From a virus, in IMG/VR virus record IMGVR_UViG_3300020171_000728, positions 1 to 64,000 of that record: a stretch of DNA of 64,000 bases; one strand, written 5' to 3'. Each line of letters starts with the position of its first letter. The stretch's first letter is position 1. The notes below the pieces were generated by a model. The model was not told the DNA's origin, ran no database searches, and saw nothing but the letters and a program-made list of their open reading frames with translations. The translations under genes were made by a program, and so were the position numbers. Positions 55,592-64,000 of the stretch are shown in pieces.

Positions 55592-57244
55592 TTAATTTTT
55601 CCCTCTTTTGAATTTTTCATAAATATATTGATAACCAATATCAAAACAATTTTTTATAGTCTTAGGACTATCGTCTAATTTCAATATCTGTTTTTTAATT
55701 TCCATAGGTGTCACTGGAGCTGAAATACCCAAAGCATTAGAGGCTTGTATTTTTCCTTTTTCAAAAGCATCCAAAGCATCCAAAGCTTTAGTTATTTTTT
55801 TCTCTTTTTTCTTTTCTTCTTTAATCTTTACATCGTTGTTTTTTGGCTTTTCTTTCGGTTCTTCCTTTAATTTGTCTTTCGGTTCATCTTTTGGTTCGTC
55901 AATTTTTGGCTCTTCAGTATCAAGTTTTTTAATTACTGGTTTCTTTTCAGACCATTCTAATTCCATCTTCTTGCCAATTTTTTTAGTTACCTCTTCAATA
56001 AAGTCTGATGGGATTTCAATTTCTTTTCTACTAAGAATCTTATCAAATACACGTGCTAACAATATTTGCACTTCATCTGTTAAATTCTCAAGTTTAATTT
56101 GTGGATAAGATTGAGATGCAAAGTTCCAATCAATTAATGGTGCAACCGCATAAGTATTTAATGTTGTTTCCATTTGCCTCATAATAGAATGTATAGCCAT
56201 GCCAAGATATTTAGATTGTTCAGTTCCTTTCCCATATGGATAAGCATATTTTACTTGAGATACTATTTGTGTCAAAGCAGAAATAGACATCTGGTCATTA
56301 TGATGAGAAATCAATGGTAATACATCAAACCCTCCCGTAGCCCTATTTATTTCTAATTCTAATCCTTGTGGTAATGTGATTCTTGAATTAACTCCAATAG
56401 TATCTACTGTATTCTCGGCAGCAGTTCTTTCGGCAGAAGTAAGGTTCTGGTTAATTTTTAATATCTTTAATCCCAACGCTTCTATCTCAGCTTTTTTATG
56501 AGCGATATAATAAAGTTTATGTTTCTTGTCATAATGATAATAAGCAGCTTTTAAAATAGATTCTCCATAGAGCCAATGCTTTTCTTTTTGAAACGTATAT
56601 AAGATACACTTGTCAGGAGGAATATTTACATCAACAGTTCTTTTCCCAAATGAACATGATTGATGAGCCCCATTAAAACCACCATGCTCATCTGCCCTTA
56701 AAGAAATTGTTGAAACATCTCTTGGTGCTAATTTTCTCCAACCTATCTTCCCACTATATGGACCATCCTTAATAATATGAGCAACCTTTTCATATAATCT
56801 AAATCCCTCGAATATAGCCCTTGTCATATCTGCTACAATAAATTGCAACGGAGTAGTCATGCCACCCATATACTCTGGGCCCATAAATACTGTTTCTATA
56901 AATTCCTTTTCTCCTTTATCATTTTTACCAGGTATAATAGTAATTGGAGTCGATTGAATCGGTAAAGAAAGCAATCTAACAATTGCTTGTATCTCGCCAT
57001 CGTTCTGTTGCATTGAAATATAAGTTTCAGGACCTAAGTCATCAGGATTTTCTTCATCGTCATAAGAGCCAATAACGCCAGAGCGAGATAAGCCAAGTTC
57101 TTCCATGAACTCCTGAACCGTTAAAACCTTTTTTCTATCTAAGTCATCATCCCTAGGAATTTGTGGTTCTGGTTTTACATTTCTTGTGAGGAAATTATAC
57201 CATGCCATATAAATAAAAATAAACACAATTAGACAAAGGGTCAA
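55592..57244 (-). CDS. portal protein candidate (Mu gp29/DUF935-like)
   Basis: 550 aa at the head of the minus-strand head module, followed by protease/scaffold and capsid genes; acidic C-terminal tail (EPKDEPKDKLKEEPKEKPK). Confidence 0.45.
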   Translation of the reverse strand: MTLCLIVFIFIYMAWYNFLTRNVKPEPQIPRDDDLDRKKVLTVQEFMEELGLSRSGVIGSYDDEENPDDLGPETYISMQQNDGEIQAIVRLLSLPIQSTPITIIPGKNDKGEKEFIETVFMGPEYMGGMTTPLQFIVADMTRAIFEGFRLYEKVAHIIKDGPYSGKIGWRKLAPRDVSTISLRADEHGGFNGAHQSCSFGKRTVDVNIPPDKCILYTFQKEKHWLYGESILKAAYYHYDKKHKLYYIAHKKAEIEALGLKILKINQNLTSAERTAAENTVDTIGVNSRITLPQGLELEINRATGGFDVLPLISHHNDQMSISALTQIVSQVKYAYPYGKGTEQSKYLGMAIHSIMRQMETTLNTYAVAPLIDWNFASQSYPQIKLENLTDEVQILLARVFDKILSRKEIEIPSDFIEEVTKKIGKKMELEWSEKKPVIKKLDTEEPKIDEPKDEPKDKLKEEPKEKPKNNDVKIKEEKKKEKKITKALDALDAFEKGKIQASNALGISAPVTPMEIKKQILKLDDSPKTIKNCFDIGYQYIYEKFKRGKN

Positions 57245-57345
57245 ATATTTAATTTACTTGACTTTACTTAATTTGACTTGACAAGTAAATATTCAATGAT
57301 ATTATAACATTAATAACCAACAATAATCAATTAAATAAATTAAAT

Positions 57346-57540
57346 ATGTCATTAATCGAATGGAAAGCATATAGGAACATTAGAATCAAAGAGGATAAAG
57401 ATTCAATCAAATCAGTATCACAAAAACTTGGCATAGACATAATGCTCGCAAGAGAAATTCTTAATGGAACATACGACCATCAAACAAGAGAATGGGAAAG
57501 AATGGGAAAAAACAAATTAATAAAAGAAAAATTAATATAA
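57346..57540 (+). CDS. hypothetical small protein
   Basis: 64-aa ORF downstream of a TTGACA-N17-TATTAT promoter-like element. Confidence 0.3.
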   Translation: MSLIEWKAYRNIRIKEDKDSIKSVSQKLGIDIMLAREILNGTYDHQTREWERMGKNKLIKEKLI

Positions 57541-57607
57541 CTTATTTACAAACTCTATAAAATAGCCAACAAACTCTTTTATCGGGAAGATAAATAAGAA
57601 AACAACG

Positions 57608-57946
57608 ATGGATAAGACTCTCAACAAACAAGAAGTAATGTCAATGTTAAACAATAGCATTGATAGCGAGTCATTAAATATTAATGGCAATACAACAAGT
57701 GGAACAATATGCAGTCAAACAGTAGGGGGAAATAGTTCACAATTCTTTTCTGCTTGGGACTATTGGAATAATTATTACTATCCATATATATACCCATCAT
57801 ATCCAGTCTATATCCAAGAAAGAGCAAAAGATAGCAGCAAACAAGCATTTGAAATAGTTAAAATGCTTAATGATAAAAAGAAACTAAATATCAAAACAGT
57901 AAAAGACTTCATAGATATTATGGATTTGTTGATTAAAGTCCTATAA
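57608..57946 (+). CDS. hypothetical protein
   Basis: 112-aa ORF. Confidence 0.3.
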   Translation: MDKTLNKQEVMSMLNNSIDSESLNINGNTTSGTICSQTVGGNSSQFFSAWDYWNNYYYPYIYPSYPVYIQERAKDSSKQAFEIVKMLNDKKKLNIKTVKDFIDIMDLLIKVL

Positions 57947-58000
57947 TATTATAAAAGAAAGCAACAAAGTCGCTTTTGGCGTATTTGAGAAAATTTTTTC

Positions 58001-58136
58001 AGTAGAAAAATGACTTTGTCATTTTAGTAGAAAAATGACTTTGTCATTTTAGTAGAAAAATGACTTTGTCATTTTAGTAGAAAAATGACTTTGTCATTTT
58101 AGTAGAAAAATGACTTTGTCATTTTAGTAGAAAAAC
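58001..58136 (+). repeat. 5.5 tandem copies of a 25-bp iteron AGTAGAAAAATGACTTTGTCATTTT, each with an AAATGAC/GTCATTT inverted repeat
   Basis: Perfect direct repeats read directly in the sequence. Confidence 0.9.
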
Positions 58137-58476
58137 GGGATAAGGTTGAAAAACCATATTCTGTTTTTTTTGGCGTTTTTGTGAATATTCTCTTAGTGTG
58201 GAGGGAACTTGACAAAAAGGCAACTTCGTTGTTGAAAATAAGCGAGTTTGTGGAAATTTTCTCAGTGGGGAATGGGGGTAGAGGGGGAATTTTTTTTCTT
58301 TCTCTTTTTTTTTCTGATGTCGTTTGATAACAATAACAATCTCCGCAAGGTTTCACGCGGAACATAAAAAAACGCTTTTAGTTTCACCGATGTTTCACTA
58401 TAAAAAAAAAATATGTCAAGCGTTATCGGTTCGGGCTTGTTTAATATCCTATTGACAAAAAGATTTTTTCGTGTCT

Positions 58477-58485
58477 GTGGATAAC
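58477..58485 (-). promoter_or_regulatory. DnaA-box consensus (TTATCCACA)
   Basis: TGTGGATAA on the plus strand is the reverse complement of the 9-mer consensus. Confidence 0.4.
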
Positions 58486-58680
58486 TTCGTTTGACAACGC
58501 CAGTGCAAATGTTAAAATGTAAGCGGTAGGGATCGGGTCTGATATACTCGCTAACTATAGTACCTTGACAAAACAAAAAAAACAAGACGAAGCGATAAGT
58601 GATCAGAAAGTTAAAAAGCGAAGCAAGCGGACGGCAAGCGATCAGAAGTTTTTGATCTCGCTTGTTTCGTATAAAGTTTT

Positions 58681-58893
58681 ATGGATAAAAAAAAACACGG
58701 CACAAAAAAACAAAGGATCAGGTACTTAGAGTTAGAGAGAAAAGCAAGACAAGCGTACGCGGCAAGCATAATCAAAGGGACGGGGCTTGCAGATATAGCT
58801 TGTTTCCTTACTCATGAAGAAGAGACGGAGATCTTCAAGTTAGACGCGGCGATCTTTGGAGATCTGTTGCAATGGGAAAAGGGGGGGTTATGA
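58681..58893 (+). CDS. hypothetical protein in GC-richer segment
   Basis: 70-aa ORF. Confidence 0.25.
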   Translation: MDKKKHGTKKQRIRYLELERKARQAYAASIIKGTGLADIACFLTHEEETEIFKLDAAIFGDLLQWEKGGL

Positions 58894-59118
58894 TCTGGAG
58901 TTATATGGATCACAAGAGAAAAGAAAAGAGGCGGCGGCTGTTGCGGTATATCATAGCGGCGGGGGTTATGTTTTTGGCGGTGGAGGTGTTTTGTATGCTG
59001 TTGCGGTGGTCTGTTTGGCAGTATAACGCGATCATTAGATAGTTTTGATCGCTTGCCGTTTCGTCTTGTTTGTTATCTTATGCCGTCAGTCCGCTGATCC
59101 GCTGTTATCAGTTAAATA

Positions 59119-59544
59119 ATGGCTGTTATTATTATGAATAAAAAGACAAAAGAAGTCAAGACGGTTTCAAAAGTCAAGGCGGTAGAAGTCAGGGATTTAT
59201 CCCTTGCGGGGTTGCTCCGATCACACATAGGCGATTTCCAAAAAGAGCGAAAGGCATCGGCTTGCTTATACAACGGGAGCAGGAAGGCGCCAAGATGGGC
59301 GGGGTCTATCACGGGCGGGGGGGTTTTTACTCTTTCCCACTATAGTACCCCGATCCTAAAGATCGGGCTGTCCGATCAAAAAGCGGAGTTAGTTAAGTTG
59401 CCGGAGGCACGGCTTGCGAAAGGATATAGCAACGGGGATCTCCGCGGGATAAACACAACGCTGGAAGTTTTGAAGCCAAAGAACGCCGCGAAGGCGATCA
59501 AGCGGCAAGGGTACACCTCGTTCGTTTCAGTAAGTAGTTTATAA
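59119..59544 (+). CDS. hypothetical protein in GC-richer segment
   Basis: 141-aa ORF. Confidence 0.3.
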   Translation: MAVIIMNKKTKEVKTVSKVKAVEVRDLSLAGLLRSHIGDFQKERKASACLYNGSRKAPRWAGSITGGGVFTLSHYSTPILKIGLSDQKAELVKLPEARLAKGYSNGDLRGINTTLEVLKPKNAAKAIKRQGYTSFVSVSSL

Positions 59545-59679
59545 AAGTTTTGATCGTTATCTTTTATGATAACGGCGGCGGGTTGGCGGGATAAGATAAC
59601 AGAAGAGGGCAGAAGCCAAAAGCGATTATTATATGATCGCTTTTTAGGATTGGGGAAGTTTATGCAATCGCTGATTTTT

Positions 59680-59737
59680 GGTTTCACGGGGTTTCACGGT
59701 TTCACGGGGTTTCACGGTTTCACGAGGTTTCACGGGG
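59680..59737 (+). repeat. six tandem copies of GGTTTCACG(G) (9/10-nt units)
   Basis: Direct repeats read directly, followed by GGGGGCAGGGGGACAGG. Confidence 0.85.
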
Positions 59738-59980
59738 GCAGGGGGACAGGATTGCAAAACGCTAATTACTAATTACAATTAAGAATTAAAATTAGGAATT
59801 GAAATCAGTAATTAGAGGTGCAGAATTAAGATTTGTAATTAAGTAATTATGATTAAGAATTAAATTTTGCAATTGAAATGATAGATTAACAATTACTTGT
59901 TATCTGCCATTTACATTGCAAGAGGAAGCAATTAGTGCGATAAAAGCAATTGAATGCGTAAGCACATACAATTGAATGCA

Positions 59981-60021
59981 AAAGTTATCCACAGGCAAAA
60001 ATCGGTTTTTCGTGTTATAAT
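59981..60021 (+). promoter_or_regulatory. conserved 45-nt promoter-like element containing TTATCCACA (copy 1)
   Basis: AAAGTTATCCACAGGCAAAAATCGGTTTTTCGTGTTATAAT, followed by SD AAGGAGGTG and ATG 60047. Confidence 0.5.
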
Positions 60022-60046
60022 AAGAAAAAGAAAGGAGGTGAACATT

Positions 60047-60238
60047 ATGAGAAAACAATTGAATACATTAAATACAAAAGAAAACTTTATCAATGTATTA
60101 GTAGATTGTGATGGATATAGTGAAGAAGATGCAATTGACTTCGCTGAAGAATATCACAATGACCTTGAGAAGTGGATAATAGATCGTGGTGGCGATGAAA
60201 GAGCAATTGAAGAATGTAGAAAATTTTGCGGGATTTGA
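60047..60238 (+). CDS. hypothetical small protein
   Basis: Start at the internal Met of the listed ORF, 7 nt after SD AAGGAGGTG. Confidence 0.4.
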   Translation: MRKQLNTLNTKENFINVLVDCDGYSEEDAIDFAEEYHNDLEKWIIDRGGDERAIEECRKFCGI

Positions 60239-60415
60239 CTTCTGACATTGCATCTAAGCAATTGGATGCAATAATGAGAAGTTAATTGAAACAAAAATAT
60301 TCGGAATATTTCGTTTCTAACAGCACATTGACAATTGAATACTAATCACCTCATCCGATCAGTTGCCAGATCAATTGTTATTAATTTAATTGGCGGCTGA
60401 AGAAAGGACAATTAT

Positions 60416-60706
60416 ATGTTTGATGAAGTTTTCAATGACATGGCGAAGTCCGCTGCAATGGAGATTGGATTGACAGAGGACGAAGCCGAGCGAGAAGTTG
60501 ACGAATTCAATTGTACTCATGATAGTGGTAGGTTTTGCGATGATTGCGGAGTGCAATTGAATGACGGAGTTAATTGTGCGGATTTTCTTTCGGATTACTG
60601 CAATGAGTGTTGGGATAAATTTCTTAAGGAGTATTTTCCCAATGTTAAAAAGGAATTAAAGCAGGAGACATTGAATAAGGAAATGAATGAAGAATTGGCG
60701 AAATAA
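60416..60706 (+). CDS. hypothetical acidic Cys-containing protein
   Basis: 96-aa ORF. Confidence 0.35.
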   Translation: MFDEVFNDMAKSAAMEIGLTEDEAEREVDEFNCTHDSGRFCDDCGVQLNDGVNCADFLSDYCNECWDKFLKEYFPNVKKELKQETLNKEMNEELAK

Positions 60707-61157
60707 ATAACAATAGCAATTGATCAGATGAGGGGATTATGACGGATTGCCTTGTTTAGCTGATTGTTGAGCCAATTGTTGACATATTCAATTGCGAATA
60801 TGTAATTGAATATGGGAGAATAAGTGCACCAATGTGCACACCGACAATTAGAGAAAGCAATTAAATGAAAAAAACAAAAATTAAAAAGAAAAAACCAATT
60901 AATGAATTATATCATAGAATTGGCAGGTATTTAGAAAAAAAGCAATTGGGATTCTGTTTTCTTCCCAATGGAGAATTTGTAAGTAGAGAGCAATGCGAAA
61001 AATACGGATACAAATTCAATTAGAAAACGACTTCGTTGTTTTCATAAAATATTTCTCGACAATTGGCTTAACAAGGTAATCAATTGAAAATCAAGCAAGC
61101 AATTGCAGATTTTAAATGCGTGTGATTGCGAGTGCACAATTGGTGCACACGATGAGA

Positions 61158-61209
61158 AGCAATTAGATAAAGCAATTAAGTGCAGCAATTAAGAGTAGCA
61201 ATTATACTC
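61158..61209 (+). repeat. four tandem 13-bp units each starting AGCAATTA
   Basis: AGCAATTAGATAA AGCAATTAAGTGC AGCAATTAAGAGT AGCAATTATACTC. Confidence 0.8.
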
Positions 61210-61738
61210 TTGGATTTTCTAATATCCATCCGACAACGAAAGAAGCAATGTCTTTTACTTCGACATGATTCAATCTAAACCATTCGCCTCTTACTCTTTG
61301 ATTTTTGTAATTGTTGTGCAAATAGCGTTCTAATGATTGTGGGTCAGGTAACATTGTGCTAAATATCAATCGTATTCTAAATGGATTTCCTGTTTGCATT
61401 GCGGAAATACGGCTTCTTACATCTGTAGCAAAACCAATTTTATAATAATCACTTTTACATTGAATAATATAAATAAAATCTCTTTTTAATTCAGAATGTC
61501 CAATTTTCAATTGATTTCTTCTATAAGCAATTCGGCAAGCATCATTGCAGAATAAGCGGGCTTTCTTTCCAATTATTTGTTTTATTTCTTTATTACATTG
61601 TAAACATTTACTTACGGTTAAATTGCTTTTCTTTGGAACGGTAAGACGATTGTATTTGATACGGCAATTAGTTGAACAAAACTTTGATGTTGCCCTAATT
61701 GGTTCGTATTCTTTCCCACATTGTAAACATTTATTCAT
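61202..61738 (-). CDS. GIY-YIG (T5orf172/MUG113-type) nuclease domain protein with two N-terminal zinc ribbons
   Basis: CLQCGK...CSTNC and CLQCNK...CNDAC; then FIYIIQCKSDYYKIGFATDVRSRISAMQTGNP (GIY-YIG T5orf172 signature). Confidence 0.55.
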   Translation of the reverse strand: MNKCLQCGKEYEPIRATSKFCSTNCRIKYNRLTVPKKSNLTVSKCLQCNKEIKQIIGKKARLFCNDACRIAYRRNQLKIGHSELKRDFIYIIQCKSDYYKIGFATDVRSRISAMQTGNPFRIRLIFSTMLPDPQSLERYLHNNYKNQRVRGEWFRLNHVEVKDIASFVVGWILENPRV

Positions 61739-61858
61739 TGATTTTCACCACCTTTCTTTTATAAATATTACCAAATGGATGAGCAGATGTCAAGGGTTTT
61801 TCAATTGATTTACATTGGTTTCGTGAAACATAGAGCCAAATAATTCAATTGGTGGCAA

Positions 61859-61898
61859 AAGTTATCCACTTTAGATTTTTCGGTTTTTATGATAGAAT
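61859..61898 (+). promoter_or_regulatory. diverged copy 2 of the 45-nt promoter-like element (TTATCCACT, then TTATACACA)
   Basis: AAAGTTATCCACTTTAGATTTTTCGGTTTTTATGATAGAAT...GGTTATACACAGG. Confidence 0.4.
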
Positions 61899-62206
61899 AA
61901 GGTTATACACAGGAAGCAAAAAATGAGCAGATAGAAGCACATTGACAACAAAACAAATAAATAATTGGCAGGTAGGCAATCGGCATGTAATAGTGTGTAA
62001 TTGCCATCGGGGGAGTATAGAGATTACAGTAATCAATTGGCTTGGTTAAGCCAATCGTTTAAATCCGTACTCTAAAATCAATTAAAAATCCCACCAAAAA
62101 GGGTGAATTGCGAGTGAATTGTGAGTTTTTCGCAATTATCGGGGCAAATCAATGGCATAGTTAAGCCATTGGTATCCCAAATCGTGGGGGTTTATCAAGC
62201 CAACAA

Positions 62207-62809
62207 TTGAATGGCATAGATAAGCCAATTGAAAAGTTGCTAATCTGTAGAAAAACTATGTTAATTAAAATTTTTAAGGAGTTCGGGCGACAATCGGAGC
62301 TGAAGTCATTGTGTAGGAGTGAGGTTAAAGATTTTCTCAATGACAATCGGTTACAGGATGGCACAGTTAAGCGAGTAATTGAATTGCTTGGGTCTAATCT
62401 TCCGATGATTACCATAAAAAAGAAGCCATACAGAGCCAAAAACGGGGATTTGATGGCGTTTCTGGCGGGATATGGGGCGGGGGGTTGTGAGGGCGACAAA
62501 CTGGGGGGGACGGGGGCAGAGGGCGACAAGATGGAGGGCGGAAGCACAAGCGGAAGCGACAAGATAGCCAAAGCAAGAGCCAAAGCAAGGGAGCTGGAAA
62601 GGGACGGGGAAGATGAAGAAGGAGTTATCATTCAATGTAAGTTCTTACGGAAGAGTTACATTGGGGAGGGGATGATTATTAAAATGGGCGGCAAAATCAA
62701 GGAATTGAAAGGGGAAGGAAGAAGTTTTGAACAGACATTGCTTGCGTTAAAGCGGGGTTGTAGCATTACTATACGATATGTTGATGATTACAATTGGGGG
62801 GTTTTATAA
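62207..62809 (+). CDS. hypothetical protein with Gly/Asp-rich central tract
   Basis: 200-aa ORF; central purine-rich DNA encodes GAGGCEGDKLGGTGAEGDKMEGG. Confidence 0.3.
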   Translation: MNGIDKPIEKLLICRKTMLIKIFKEFGRQSELKSLCRSEVKDFLNDNRLQDGTVKRVIELLGSNLPMITIKKKPYRAKNGDLMAFLAGYGAGGCEGDKLGGTGAEGDKMEGGSTSGSDKIAKARAKARELERDGEDEEGVIIQCKFLRKSYIGEGMIIKMGGKIKELKGEGRSFEQTLLALKRGCSITIRYVDDYNWGVL

Positions 62810-62995
62810 GATGGCGGGCAATTATAATGATTATTACCTGCCAATTATTTATTTGTAAATCTGTGGGGGCTAATTGATATTATTCACTTTTAGATTTTAA
62901 TTGAATGTGGGTGGATATTTTGTCAATTGACCAAATGGGGGAATTGTGGTGTTTGTGTTTTTTGTGTAATTAGTTCTTAATACCTAGTAAAATCA

Positions 62996-63253
62996 ATGAA
63001 ATACGATATTAAAGTAAACCAATTGGATACTCATATCAGAGTTTACACATTGGAAGATGGTAAATTGCCAGAGAAAATAAAGGTTGATTTATATTTGTCT
63101 AATAATCAATGGAGAGTTAATTGGTCGGCTTGTGGAGACCAAGACATTGAATTTGCCGATGAATTTATGGCAGTAATGAAGAAAGCAATTAAGATAATGA
63201 TAGAATTGAATTTAGAGTTATGGGATAAAGCAATCAAAGATGCGGGGTTATAA
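62996..63253 (+). CDS. hypothetical small protein
   Basis: 85-aa ORF. Confidence 0.3.
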   Translation: MKYDIKVNQLDTHIRVYTLEDGKLPEKIKVDLYLSNNQWRVNWSACGDQDIEFADEFMAVMKKAIKIMIELNLELWDKAIKDAGL

Positions 63254-63299
63254 TTAGTTTATGCATTGCCAATCATAAAATTATACTAGGTTAATTGAT

Positions 63300-63515
63300 A
63301 TGGTTGGCAAACATAAGGGAATTATTGATGGGCGGCAATCGGATGATAATCGGGTGATAATTGGGCGGCAATTAGTTCCTTGCAAAAAGCAAACAACGGA
63401 AGGAAGTATGTCGAAGCATTTTCAATGGTGGAAATGTGGGGATGACTGTCCCCGACCTTCTCAATGCATTAAATGCTATGCGATGCAATGTTGTTTGCTT
63501 TTTGGGGGGAGTTAA
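63300..63515 (+). CDS. small Cys-rich protein
   Basis: 71 aa with CGDDCPRPSQCIKCYAMQCC. Confidence 0.25.
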   Translation: MVGKHKGIIDGRQSDDNRVIIGRQLVPCKKQTTEGSMSKHFQWWKCGDDCPRPSQCIKCYAMQCCLLFGGS

Positions 63516-63779
63516 TTGGGCGGGCGAGTGCACATTGGTGCACATCAAATTAAGAGTTTAATTAGTGAGTTAGGCACTTTTACAATTATGAAAAAATATA
63601 ATTTACTAATTGCAATTTATGAAAAAGTATTTTGCAATGTATGTAATTCAGAAAAAACTAAAAAAACATATAAACCATTGCAAAGTAGTAATGGCGAAAT
63701 ATACAAATTAACAAAAGAACAATGTTTAAAATACATTGATACTTACTTAATAAACGATTATAAAATTGTAGAAATATAA
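63516..63779 (+). CDS. hypothetical small protein with CxxC
   Basis: 87-aa ORF. Confidence 0.3.
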   Translation: MGGRVHIGAHQIKSLISELGTFTIMKKYNLLIAIYEKVFCNVCNSEKTKKTYKPLQSSNGEIYKLTKEQCLKYIDTYLINDYKIVEI

Positions 63780-63862
63780 ATCAATTACCATTTAGAATAG
63801 ATAATTGTATATCCTAACAATACATTTATCTATTCAACATTGGTGCACATCAATTGATACAA

Positions 63863-63903
63863 AAAGTTATCCACAGGAGAAAATCAGTTTTCTATGATAT
63901 AAT
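63863..63903 (+). promoter_or_regulatory. copy 3 of the 45-nt promoter-like element containing TTATCCACA
   Basis: AAAAGTTATCCACAGGAGAAAATCAGTTTTCTATGATATAAT, followed by SD AAGAGGAGGTG and ATG 63943. Confidence 0.5.
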
Positions 63904-63942
63904 AAAAGAGTAAAAAACAAATAAAAAGAGGAGGTGAAAAAT

Positions 63943-64000
63943 ATGAAAAAAGCAATTAAAAATGAAAAGGGATTTTTCAAAAACTATAAACAAACTAAAA
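63943..64000 (+). CDS. hypothetical protein, 5' partial at window end
   Basis: ATG 7 nt after a strong SD; MKKAIKNEKGFFKNYKQTK..., truncated by the window edge. Confidence 0.35.
   Translation, partial: MKKAIKNEKGFFKNYKQTK

Noticed and set aside
58001-58136. Possible CRISPR array
   Set aside because: The 25-bp units are directly adjacent with no spacers, which is a tandem iteron array and not repeat-spacer architecture. No cas genes are present
59566-59772. 68-aa ORF ...GFTGFHGFTGFHGFTRFHG
   Set aside because: Its translation is just the GGTTTCACG tandem DNA repeat, so it is unlikely to be coding
62161-62631. 156-aa minus-strand ORF with SPS/LALA low complexity
   Set aside because: Antisense of the purine-rich part of 62207..62809. 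The plus strand matches neighbouring gene orientation and has a more protein-like composition

Overview
AT-rich, gene-dense window that reads as part of a large tailed-phage or prophage genome. Positions 1-9150 are forward-strand accessory and replication genes: a LAGLIDADG endonuclease, three tandem small-RNA-like units with a tRNA-like module next to a Ro60/TROVE+vWA gene, a tRNA-like element with a CAT anticodon, an SPFH protein, a type IV pilin-like protein, a tnpB-only IS200/605-type element, a DNA methyltransferase and a DnaN sliding clamp. Positions 9167-57244 are one minus-strand lysis and virion block: holin, CHAP endolysin, tail fibre, distal tail protein, tape measure, chaperones with an A_AAA_AAG -1 frameshift site, major tail protein, head-tail genes, protease/scaffold, a Mu-gpT-like major capsid gene and a portal. 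The capsid gene appears split by a LAGLIDADG-encoding intron. The most unusual content lies between the capsid and head-tail genes, in the same orientation: a 1919-aa protein made of about 75% SPS[I/L/V/Q] repeats, then about 19 kb of glycosyltransferases, SAM methyltransferases, a radical-SAM enzyme and a UDP-GlcNAc 2-epimerase fusion, punctuated by homing endonucleases. I read this as a candidate phage-encoded virion glycosylation system acting on a mucin-like substrate. Positions 57.3-64 kb are a compositionally distinct forward-strand small-gene region. It carries a 25-bp iteron array (5.5 copies), DnaA-box-like TTATCCACA elements inside a 45-nt promoter repeated three times, a GTTTCACG tandem array, an AT-rich tract, strong CAATTG enrichment and GTGCAC-N4-GTGCAC palindromes, which together suggest an origin or early regulatory hub. 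All calls come from reading the sequence and motif recognition; no database search was run.
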